Shown here: positions 53,530-61,549 of the stretch, piece by piece
Layout: every line of letters begins with the position of its first letter
How positions within the stretch are numbered: the first letter of the stretch is position 1
Made by a program: the position numbers and the translations under genes
Notes under the pieces: model-generated
Databases searched by the model: none
What the model was told of the DNA's origin: nothing
What the model saw: only the letters and a program-made list of their open reading frames with translations
Source: Micrococcales bacterium
GTDB taxonomy: Bacteria > Actinomycetota > Actinomycetes > Actinomycetales > CAWJMD01
DNA length: 64,000 nt
Assembly (NCBI GenBank): GCA_002748415.1
Contig: PDSI01000220.1
Location: 3,851 to 67,850 of the forward strand
Reading direction: 5' to 3'

Positions 53530-54537
53530 CTACGTCTGCAAATCGAGCTTGCCGGCCACCTGGTCGGTCAGCTTGTGCAAGGCCTCGGCCTGCATTTTCA
53601 GTTCGTTCTTGGTCTTGGCGTCGACGGTGACCCCGGTACACAGCTTCGACGGGTACTTGTCGTCCTGCGCGCAGTACGGCTTCCAGCCCTTGCCGTCACG
53701 CAGCGGCTTCATGGTCTGCTCAATCCCCGCAAAGCCTTCGTTGATCTGCTCGGCGAGCTTGGGGTCGGCCTCCTTCAGCGCCGGCATCAGGTATTCCATC
53801 GCCTGCTTGGAGCCCGCGACGTTCGCCGCCACGTCCCACAGATCGGTCTTGGAGTAGCGGTCCTCTCCACCGTTGATCGTGTTGACGCTGACCTCTTGAA
53901 TCAGCTTGGAGGCACCCACCGGAACCGCGGCGGCCGGTATTTTCAGGGTCGCCAGTTTCTTCTGCAGGGCGGCAACGTCCTCGTCCAGCTGATCGGCGTA
54001 GGGGGCCGCGCCCTCGGTGGTTTTCCGTTCGAACAGGATGTACTCCAGGCGATGCCACCCGGTGAACTCCGGGTCGTCGGCACCTTTGAAGTGGTCCACC
54101 CGTTCGTCCATCTTCCCGTCCAGTTCCTTGACCAGCCCGGCGATGGGCTCCATGCGTTCCCACGGCTCGCGACTGGGGGCGTACGCGGCCTGCGCCGCCT
54201 TGAGATCGCCAGCGCGCACCGCGTCGGTGAAGGTGGTCGTCAGGGTGGCCATCTCGTCGGCCTGCTGCTGCACGTACTTGGTGTACTTCTCGACCGCCTC
54301 GGTCACCAATTTGTTGTCCGAGGTCTGCTGCAGGTCCGACCCGAGCCCGCTTCCGCTGCCGGAACCCGAACCCGACCCGCTGCCGGAACCGGAACCACTG
54401 CCTGAGCCCGAGCCGCTCTCGTCACCCAGGTTGGTGACACCGCTACCATCGTCGCTGCCGCATGCAGTCAAGGTGAGCGCGGCCCCAAGAACGAGAGAGA
54501 CAGCCATCCTGGCGCGACGGGTCATCAGGATCTCCAT
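53530..54537 (-). CDS. efeO: EfeO-like / imelysin (M75) family iron-uptake lipoprotein
   Basis: Lipobox LTLTACGSDD, a (GS)n linker, then YVQQQADEM...AYAPSREPWERMEPIAG...GWHRLEYILF...GGEDRYS, matching the EfeO/imelysin HxxE-type region. The start is ATG 54537 or 54525. Confidence 0.8.
   Translation of the reverse strand: MEILMTRRARMAVSLVLGAALTLTACGSDDGSGVTNLGDESGSGSGSGSGSGSGSGSGSGSGSGLGSDLQQTSDNKLVTEAVEKYTKYVQQQADEMATLTTTFTDAVRAGDLKAAQAAYAPSREPWERMEPIAGLVKELDGKMDERVDHFKGADDPEFTGWHRLEYILFERKTTEGAAPYADQLDEDVAALQKKLATLKIPAAAVPVGASKLIQEVSVNTINGGEDRYSKTDLWDVAANVAGSKQAMEYLMPALKEADPKLAEQINEGFAGIEQTMKPLRDGKGWKPYCAQDDKYPSKLCTGVTVDAKTKNELKMQAEALHKLTDQVAGKLDLQT
54338..54417 (-). repeat. Coding microsatellite: about 13 consecutive Gly-Ser dipeptides (6-bp period) in the lipoprotein linker
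   Basis: The protein reads DESGSGSGSGSGSGSGSGSGSGSGSGLGSD. The plus-strand DNA shows gctgcc/ggaacc/cgaacc-type hexamers. Confidence 0.9.
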
Positions 54538-54614
54538 GGGTGAGTAGCGGTTAGGCGAAACTCACTTTACAGATTTGCGCTTGGGCTGTCACCGCCCGTA
54601 GAAGGAGGTCGCTC

Positions 54615-56144
54615 GTGATGTCCGCGTCGCTCACTGTAGATCGGGATGTGATTGTGGTGGGCGGTGGCCCGGCCGGTTTGGCGGCGGCGTGGCATGCATC
54701 CCGCCGAGGCTTTCGGGTCACCGTCCTGGAGCGCTCCTCCAGCCTGGGTGGGATGGCCGCCAGTGTCCTCGTCGACGAGGTACGGGCCGACCTCGGCAGT
54801 CATCGCTTGCATCCGGCGACGCCCGGTGATGTCATGGCCGACCTGCAGGAATTGCTGGGTGGTTCGCTCCAGGTACGCAACCGCAACGGCCGCGTACGGG
54901 TTGCGGGCAGGTGGGTCGGTTTCCCGTTGTCTCCTGCCAACTTGTTGCGCACCATGCCGCTGTCGTGGGCGGCCCGGGTGAGCGCGGATGCGCTGCTGGC
55001 GCGCCGGCGTCGTTCTCCGAACCCGGACTCCTACGCGGCCGCCCTGCGTGCCTCGCTCGGACCGACCGTGTACGACTCCCTGTACGGGCCCTACGCGCGA
55101 AAGTTATGGGGCGTGCCGGGAGAGCAGATCGATCCCGAGCAAGCAAGAGTGCGGGTGGCCGCCGACACCGCGGCGCGGGTCGCAGCGCGAATGATCCGGC
55201 GCGGCATATCCAGCCGCCGCCAGGGCTCCCCACAACGCGGCACACATTTCCTGTATCCTGCTGGAGGCTTCGGGGAGATCCCGCGGGCCCTTGCCGAAGC
55301 GGCCCGCTCGCTCGAAGCCACCGTGCACACCGGTGCCGCCGTCACCCGCATCGACACCGGGCCGGATTCCACCACCACCAGGGTTGACCCGGCACCGGGC
55401 AGTCCGGCTTCGACCACGTCACCCGGCACCGGCCGGCCGCTGGTCCAGGTGCACACGGCCGACGGGCGCACCTGGCAGGCACCCACGGTGTGTTCCACGC
55501 TGCCGCTGAGCGTGCTGGCCGGTGTCATCAACCCGGCCCCGCCGCAGCCGGTGTGCCAGCAAGCGCAGTCCTTGGTCACTCGCGGGATGGTGCTGGTGTA
55601 CCTGACGCACCGCCCGCCGGGCAGGCCAGCCGGCTCGCGGGTGCGCTGGACCGGCTACGACGCCCACTACCTGCCAGGTGCCGACACTCCGGTGTCCCGC
55701 ATCAGCGAGCCCACCAACTACCGGGACTGCGATGACGACCCGGCGGATCGCAGCGTCGTGTGCGCCGAGATTCCCTGCACCCCAGGAGACGACCTGTGGA
55801 CCGCCACCGAACAACAGCTGTGCGACATCGTGCTCGAGGCGATGCGCCGCAACGATCTGCCGCCGCCTGCGGTGAGTGGGGTCCGGGTGATCCGGCTGCC
55901 CTCGGTCTACCCGGTGTACGCGCGTGGTTTCGGTGCCAGCCTGGCCGCGGTGGATGCCTGGGTCGAAGGGCTTCCGGGGGTGACCACGCTGGGGCGGGCC
56001 GGCTTGTTCGCCCACGACAACACCCACCATGCGCTGGTCATGGGGCAGGCTTTCGCCCGGTGCCTTCGCCCGGACGCCACGATCGACGCGGCGGCGTGGC
56101 AAGCCGAACGGGACAGCTTCCGCGGGCACGTCGTCGAAGACTGA
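54615..56144 (+). CDS. FAD-dependent oxidoreductase (amine-oxidase/phytoene-desaturase-like fold)
   Basis: DVIVVGGGPAGLAAAWHASRRGFRVTVLERSSSLGGMA is a dinucleotide-binding motif. 509 aa. Substrate unknown. Confidence 0.75.
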   Translation: MMSASLTVDRDVIVVGGGPAGLAAAWHASRRGFRVTVLERSSSLGGMAASVLVDEVRADLGSHRLHPATPGDVMADLQELLGGSLQVRNRNGRVRVAGRWVGFPLSPANLLRTMPLSWAARVSADALLARRRRSPNPDSYAAALRASLGPTVYDSLYGPYARKLWGVPGEQIDPEQARVRVAADTAARVAARMIRRGISSRRQGSPQRGTHFLYPAGGFGEIPRALAEAARSLEATVHTGAAVTRIDTGPDSTTTRVDPAPGSPASTTSPGTGRPLVQVHTADGRTWQAPTVCSTLPLSVLAGVINPAPPQPVCQQAQSLVTRGMVLVYLTHRPPGRPAGSRVRWTGYDAHYLPGADTPVSRISEPTNYRDCDDDPADRSVVCAEIPCTPGDDLWTATEQQLCDIVLEAMRRNDLPPPAVSGVRVIRLPSVYPVYARGFGASLAAVDAWVEGLPGVTTLGRAGLFAHDNTHHALVMGQAFARCLRPDATIDAAAWQAERDSFRGHVVED

Positions 56145-56184
56145 CCCGAGACGTCCCCTCGGCCCCGGCCGGTGGCCGGCCCGG

Positions 56185-57879
56185 TCACGGGCCGGGGAGG
56201 TTCAGTTGCTCGTGCACCGCGGGCACGACCCGGCGCAGATACCGGCCGAGCCGGATGAACGACGTCCCGCTGGTGCGGAAGGAGTACCCGATGGGCACCT
56301 CGGCGTACCGGAAACCCTTGGCCAGCAGGTCGAGAGTCAGGACCTGGGCGTAGTTGTAGTCGTGGATGATCTCGGCCTGCGCCAGGGCGGCGGGCGAGAA
56401 GGCCCGGAAGCCGCTCTGCCCGTCGGTGAGCCCGGGGTTGCGGGTCATCCATCGCACCCAGGCTGTCAGCAGCTGATTGCCGAGCCGCCGGTGCGCACGC
56501 ATGTGCTCGATGCGGCCGCGGAACCGGCTGCCGACGACGTAGTCGGCCTCCTGGCGCAGCACCGGGCCGGCGACGGCGCCGATGTCTTCCGGGCGGTACT
56601 CACCGTCGGCGTCCAGGTAGACCCCCGCCGCGGCACCGCGGTGCGCGGCCGCTTGCAACGCGGTGCGCACGGCCGCGCCTAGGCCACGGTTCACGTCGTG
56701 GCGGATGACGTGTGCCCCGGCGGCCTGCGCGATGGCCGCGCTGTCGTCGCCGGAACCGTCGTCGACGACGATGGTCTGTACCGGCCGCCCGTGCACCTGC
56801 TGCGGGATGCGGCCGAGGACCGAGCCGATGGTGGCTGCCTCGTTGTGTACCGGGAGCATCACGACGACCGGTGCCTGCGGTGTCAGGGGCTGTGGCTGGG
56901 GCCGGGCGGGAAGGTCCCTGGGCAACCGGAGACGTCCCCAGATCGCCGGGGCGGGCACGGCCACAGCAACAGCGCCCAGCACGAGGCTGTAGACGGTCTT
57001 GACCGCGTGGGTTGTCAGCATGACGGCCAATGCCGGGGCCGCCGGTAGCCCGAGGGCAACCAGTGCCGTGGTACCGGCCGCCTCGTAGGTGCCGAACCCT
57101 CCGGGGGTGATGGCGACGACTTGGGCGAGGATGGTCACAGCGGTGACTCCGACGGCCTGGACCGGGCTCACCGGCAGCCCGACCGTGTGCGCGACGGTGT
57201 AGAGGACCACCGACTCCAGCAGCCACGAACATGCTACCGCGACAGCCAGCCACAGCATCTTCATCGACGTCACGGCGGCCGTCTCAGGCTGGCGGGCCCG
57301 CCATTTCAGTGCCAGCACGATGCCCGCGGTCAAGGCCGTCACGGTGGCGGCGGTCGCCCACCGGCCGAGGATCGCGTCGATGGCGACCGGAACGGTCGCC
57401 AGTGCCATCACGAACAGCACCAACAGGTCCCCGAACCGCAAGGTCACGGTGACAGCGGTGGTCTCGGCGACCGGGATCCGCGCCCGGCGCACCGCGCTGG
57501 CCACCCGCATCACCTCGCCCATCCGCAGCGGAAGGACGTGGTTGGCCAGCAACCCGACGTGCACCGCGGACCAGGCGTGGCCCAGGCCTATGGCCGGCTG
57601 TACCGACCGCCAGGCCAGCGCACGGACACCGAACGCGGCAGCGTAGGCGAACAGAGACCCGCCGACCAGCACCGGCGCGGCGAGCACGGCGTCGGCGGCA
57701 GCTCGCAATTCTCCTGCTTCGACCACCGTGGCGAGCCACCAGAGTGCGACGACCAACCCCAGCGCGCCGACGGCGAAACGCGGCCGGTGCCATCGCGGCC
57801 CCCGCCGCGCCGGCTGGCGCAACTCGGACGGTCTGGCGTCCGCGTGCGACGAGGCGAGTTCCGACCGTCGCGTGGACAC
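56185..57879 (-). CDS. Fusion protein: N-terminal LPG-synthase-TM/flippase-like (UPF0104) membrane domain plus C-terminal family 2 glycosyltransferase
   Basis: The N-terminal half has about 8 TM helices with LLANHVLPLRMGEVMRVA (typical of UPF0104). The C-terminal half has VVVMLPVHNEAATIGSVL...IVVDDGSGDDSAAIA...RHDVNRGLGAAV...YLDADGEY (GT2 DxD). Confidence 0.8.
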   Translation of the reverse strand: MSTRRSELASSHADARPSELRQPARRGPRWHRPRFAVGALGLVVALWWLATVVEAGELRAAADAVLAAPVLVGGSLFAYAAAFGVRALAWRSVQPAIGLGHAWSAVHVGLLANHVLPLRMGEVMRVASAVRRARIPVAETTAVTVTLRFGDLLVLFVMALATVPVAIDAILGRWATAATVTALTAGIVLALKWRARQPETAAVTSMKMLWLAVAVACSWLLESVVLYTVAHTVGLPVSPVQAVGVTAVTILAQVVAITPGGFGTYEAAGTTALVALGLPAAPALAVMLTTHAVKTVYSLVLGAVAVAVPAPAIWGRLRLPRDLPARPQPQPLTPQAPVVVMLPVHNEAATIGSVLGRIPQQVHGRPVQTIVVDDGSGDDSAAIAQAAGAHVIRHDVNRGLGAAVRTALQAAAHRGAAAGVYLDADGEYRPEDIGAVAGPVLRQEADYVVGSRFRGRIEHMRAHRRLGNQLLTAWVRWMTRNPGLTDGQSGFRAFSPAALAQAEIIHDYNYAQVLTLDLLAKGFRYAEVPIGYSFRTSGTSFIRLGRYLRRVVPAVHEQLNLPGP

Positions 57880-57898
57880 ACCTCGTAGGCTAACCTAA
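57880..57898. promoter_or_regulatory. Half iron-box-like element (13/19; right half TAGGCTAACCTAA perfect) filling a 25-bp divergent intergenic gap
   Basis: ACCTCGTAGGCTAACCTAA at 57880-57898, between the GTG start at 57879 (minus) and the ATG start at 57905 (plus). Confidence 0.3.
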
Positions 57899-57904
57899 CT
57901 TGCC

Positions 57905-58846
57905 ATGCGGGTGGTCGTGACGGGAGGTGCCGGTTTCATCGGGCGTCGCCTGGTAGCGACCCTCATCCGGCACCGGCATGACGTCGTGGTGCTGGACCGC
58001 CGGGTCGCCGCAGACAGCGACGCGTCGCATCTCGCCTGTGAGCTGGCCGAGCCGAACCACACGTCGAGATCGTTCCTGCGAGAAGCCGACTCGGTGATTC
58101 ATCTGGCGGGCTGTCCAGGGGTGCGCGACACCGGGCCCGATGTCGCGCGGCGGCGGTGGCGGGACAACGTCGAGGCCACCGAGGCCGTTCTCGGTGCCGT
58201 CCGGGACGCAACACCCGTACTCGCGTTCTCCTCCTCATCGGTCTACGGCGGTGCGCAGGTGACCGCCGACGGAACCGTGCGTCCTTGCCGGGAGACCGAC
58301 CCGCTCGATCCGAAAGGCGGGTATGCCGCGAGCAAGGCCGCCATGGAGCAGTTGTGCCAGGACCGGTCGAGCAGAGGATCGCCGACCCTGGTGGTTCGCC
58401 CGTTCACGGTGCTCGGCGAGGGGCAACGCCCGGACATGGCGGTCTCGGTCTGGGCCCGGCAGCTGGCCGCCGGGCAGGCGCTGTCCGTCTACGGCTCGCT
58501 CGCGCGCACGCGTGACCTGACTGACGTCGCCGACGTCGCCCGGCTCACCGAGGCACTGCTGCATGCGGGTGCCACCGGCACCGTCAACATCGGCACCGGC
58601 CACCCGCACACGCTGCATCAGATCGTCTGCGCGATAGGCCGGGCAGTGGGGAAACCCCCGCAGGTGCGGGTGGTTCCCGCCGAGGAGTACGAGGTCGCGC
58701 ATACCTGCGCCGACACCTCGCTGTTGCACCGGCGGGTGGGAAGCACACCACACACCGACGTGGATTGTGTGATCACCAGGGCCGTGCAATCGGCCGGCCT
58801 GGGCGTCGGCGCCGTGGCTGATCCGGCTGAAGCGGTAACGGGCTAG
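57905..58846 (+). CDS. NAD-dependent epimerase/dehydratase family protein
   Basis: MRVVVTGGAGFIGRRLV (GxxGxxG) and YAASKAAMEQL (YxxxK). Confidence 0.85.
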   Translation: MRVVVTGGAGFIGRRLVATLIRHRHDVVVLDRRVAADSDASHLACELAEPNHTSRSFLREADSVIHLAGCPGVRDTGPDVARRRWRDNVEATEAVLGAVRDATPVLAFSSSSVYGGAQVTADGTVRPCRETDPLDPKGGYAASKAAMEQLCQDRSSRGSPTLVVRPFTVLGEGQRPDMAVSVWARQLAAGQALSVYGSLARTRDLTDVADVARLTEALLHAGATGTVNIGTGHPHTLHQIVCAIGRAVGKPPQVRVVPAEEYEVAHTCADTSLLHRRVGSTPHTDVDCVITRAVQSAGLGVGAVADPAEAVTG

Positions 58847-58850
58847 CCGG

Positions 58851-60500
58851 ATGCGTACGGCCGACCGGGCGACTACGGCAGTTGTTTCTCCCCGTGAGGG
58901 CAAGCCTGCCAAGGTGGCGCTCTACTGGGCGATGATCGCGGCCTTCCTGTTGACGGTCGTCGTAGGCGGGTTAGGTGTTTCGATACGGGCGGCCGACGTG
59001 GGTGCCGCGGCCGTCGACGAGCCGCAGTACCTGCTGACAGCGATCTCGTTGTGGGAAGACCGGGATCTGGATGTCTCCGATGAGAGGGCCGCCAACCGGT
59101 ATCGGGTTTTTCACGAGGGCAGGCTGCCGGTCCAGACATCGGTGTTGGAGGACGGCCGGCGGGTCAGCCCGCATGATCCGTTGCTGCCGTTGCTCGTCGC
59201 GCCCGCCATGGCGGCGGGCGGGTTCATCGGGGTCAAGGCGATGCTGGTCGTCGTCGCGGGGCTGCTGGCCGCCGCGACGGTCTGGGTGGCGCACACCCGC
59301 TTCGGGGTGGCACCAGGCGTGGCCGGGCCGGTCGCAGCCATCGCCGGAGCTACCACTCCACTGGGTGTGTACGCCCACCAGGTCTACCCGGAGATCGTCG
59401 CCGCAGCCGCCGTCGTGGCGGTCACCGCGCTGCTGGTCCCCCAGGCCGGAACACCCCGGCCGGTTCCGCGGACTATCGGGCTGGTCGCGGCGATCTCGGT
59501 GTTGCCCTGGTTGTCGGTGAAGTACGTCCCGGTGGCGGCGGCGTTCGCCGGGGTGGCAGCGTGGCGGCTGAGCCGGGAGTATCCGAGCCAGGAGCATCTG
59601 CGGCGGGAACCGTCGGGGGAGCGCGAGCCGCGAACGGTATACCGCCCGCTCGTGGCCGGCGCGTGCATCGGTGCGCTCGGGGTCAGTGGCGCGCTGTGGC
59701 TGGCCGCTCACCGGGCCTGGTACGGCGGGTGGACCGGGTACGCCACCGGTGACCACTTCGAGAGTTCCGGGGAGTTCGGGGCGGTCGGTTTCGCTCCCAA
59801 CCTGTGGGGCCGCAGCACCCGTCTCATCGGCCTACTGACCGACCAGGACTACGGAATGCTCGCTTGGCAACCGGCCTGGCTGCTGGCACCGGTCGCCCTC
59901 GGGTTCCTGGTGGCCGCCCGCCATCCACATCGTTGGGTCCTGCTCGTTCCCTTGAGCGCCGGGTGGCTGACCGCCGTGTTCGTGGCGTTGACCATGCACG
60001 GGTTCTGGTGGCCCGGCCGGCAGATCGTCGTCATCGCACCCCTTGTCGTGATTGGCGTCGCGATCACCGTGGACCGGGCCCGGGGCCGCTGGCGGCGTCC
60101 CGTGCAGGTGTCGGCCGCGGTCACGGCTGCGGCCGGGGTGGCGATCCAGTTCTGGATCACCGCAGCAGGCCTGAGCGGAACCGCGACCTGGGTCGGCGCG
60201 CCCGATCTGGACCCGCCCCCGGCCCTTGTCGCGTGGCGGGTACTGCTGCCCAACTATCGTCAGTTGAGCGGGCAGACCTGGATGCTGCATGCCGCCTGGG
60301 TCCTCGTGGTGCTGGCTTTGCTGGCGGCCGGGGTGCGATGCGCCCGCAGCGGCACCCGGTCCGGCGCGCCACCGGACGGCCGCTCAGCAGATCGCGGCCC
60401 GCAGTGTTCGCAGCCACCAGGACGATCACCGGGCGGTGCTGAGATCCAGGACCGCGACCAGACCCAACACAGTGACAAACTGACACCCGCACCCGGATAA
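58851..60500 (+). CDS. Polytopic membrane protein, GT-C-like putative polyprenyl-phosphate-sugar-dependent glycosyltransferase
   Basis: More than 10 TM helices. The first extracytoplasmic loop carries VDEPQYLLTAISL (a DE-x-x-Y motif like the ArnT/PMT-type catalytic loop). It starts 5 nt after the epimerase stop. Confidence 0.6.
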   Translation: MRTADRATTAVVSPREGKPAKVALYWAMIAAFLLTVVVGGLGVSIRAADVGAAAVDEPQYLLTAISLWEDRDLDVSDERAANRYRVFHEGRLPVQTSVLEDGRRVSPHDPLLPLLVAPAMAAGGFIGVKAMLVVVAGLLAAATVWVAHTRFGVAPGVAGPVAAIAGATTPLGVYAHQVYPEIVAAAAVVAVTALLVPQAGTPRPVPRTIGLVAAISVLPWLSVKYVPVAAAFAGVAAWRLSREYPSQEHLRREPSGEREPRTVYRPLVAGACIGALGVSGALWLAAHRAWYGGWTGYATGDHFESSGEFGAVGFAPNLWGRSTRLIGLLTDQDYGMLAWQPAWLLAPVALGFLVAARHPHRWVLLVPLSAGWLTAVFVALTMHGFWWPGRQIVVIAPLVVIGVAITVDRARGRWRRPVQVSAAVTAAAGVAIQFWITAAGLSGTATWVGAPDLDPPPALVAWRVLLPNYRQLSGQTWMLHAAWVLVVLALLAAGVRCARSGTRSGAPPDGRSADRGPQCSQPPGRSPGGAEIQDRDQTQHSDKLTPAPG

Positions 60501-60508
60501 GGAATATT

Positions 60509-61522
60509 GTGATGCCGCTTCGACGCCGTACCTCGCGCGTTCTTACCCTTCTCGCTACTGTCGGCCTGCTCGCGCCGACGCTGACCTCTTGTACCTCCGA
60601 CAGCGCGATTCAGGTCTACTCCGCCCGCCACTACGACTTGGAGCAGGCCTTCGAGCTGTTCCACGAAGAGACCGGCACCGACGTCGAGTTCCTCTTCGGC
60701 TCCGACGCCGAGCTGCGGGAGCGCATCGCCGCGGAAGGCAAGAACACCATCGCCGATGTCTATATCACCGTCGACGCTGGGAACCTCGCTGCTGCGGCCG
60801 AGCAAGGGATCTTCCAACCGGTCCAATCCGAAACGCTCGACAGGGCGGTTCCGCAGGGCTTACGCGACCCGAAAGGCCGCTGGTACGCCCTGGCCAAGCG
60901 CGTCCGCACCATCATCTACGCACCGGACCGGGTGTCGCCCGGCGACCTGTCCACCTACGCGGCGCTCGCCGAGCCGCAATGGAAGGGCCGGCTGTGCCTG
61001 CGGTCCGCGACCGCCAGCTACACCCAGTCGTTGGTGGCCGCCATGTTGGCCGAAAACGGTGAAGCCGAAACCGAGCGGATCGTGAAGGGATGGGCCGACA
61101 ACGCCCGGATCTTCAGTAACGACGCCGAAATCATCGAGAATGTTGCCAGCGGCAACTGCGAGGTTGCCATCGTCAATCACTATTACCTGGCACGTAAGCT
61201 GCGGGACAAGCCCGACCTTCCGGTGGAGCTTTTCTGGGCCGACCAGGACTCTGGCGGGGTGCACGTCAACATCTCCGGTGGCGGGGTCGTCGCGGAGTCC
61301 GACAACCCCGAGGGCGGTCAGCAACTGCTGGAATGGCTGGCCACCGACGGGCAGGCCGAGTTGGTCGGCGACAACCTCGAGTACCCCGTCAATCCCGAGG
61401 TGGAGATGGAAGAGCTGCTGGCGTCCTGGGGTGATTTCGAGGAACAGAAGCTCGACGCGACGGCCTATGCCGACCGCAACTCCGACGCCGTCGCCCTGCT
61501 CGGTCGCGTGGGCTACGAGTAA
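60509..61522 (+). CDS. Fe(3+) ABC transporter substrate-binding lipoprotein (FbpA/AfuA-like)
   Basis: Lipobox LTSCTSD. IQVYSARHYDLEQAFELFHEETG...ADVYITVDAGNL...YTQSLVAAM...NHYYLARK is typical of ferric-binding proteins (Tyr ligand contexts). Confidence 0.8.
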   Translation: MMPLRRRTSRVLTLLATVGLLAPTLTSCTSDSAIQVYSARHYDLEQAFELFHEETGTDVEFLFGSDAELRERIAAEGKNTIADVYITVDAGNLAAAAEQGIFQPVQSETLDRAVPQGLRDPKGRWYALAKRVRTIIYAPDRVSPGDLSTYAALAEPQWKGRLCLRSATASYTQSLVAAMLAENGEAETERIVKGWADNARIFSNDAEIIENVASGNCEVAIVNHYYLARKLRDKPDLPVELFWADQDSGGVHVNISGGGVVAESDNPEGGQQLLEWLATDGQAELVGDNLEYPVNPEVEMEELLASWGDFEEQKLDATAYADRNSDAVALLGRVGYE

Positions 61523-61549
61523 GCCCTTCGGGCACCAGGACCGATTACC

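Noticed and set aside
5755-54417. Tandem repeats (5755, 22080, 32866, 38797, 41402, 54338) as a possible CRISPR array
   Set aside because: The units are 6-37 bp with no unique spacers, there are only 2-13 copies, most lie inside coding regions, and there are no cas genes in the window.
54546-54564. Fourth IdeR iron box upstream of the EfeO-like gene
   Set aside because: It matches the consensus at only 13/19 positions, with both outer arms degenerate. It lies 9 bp from the start codon, overlapping the RBS rather than a promoter. It is mentioned in a finding but not annotated as a feature.
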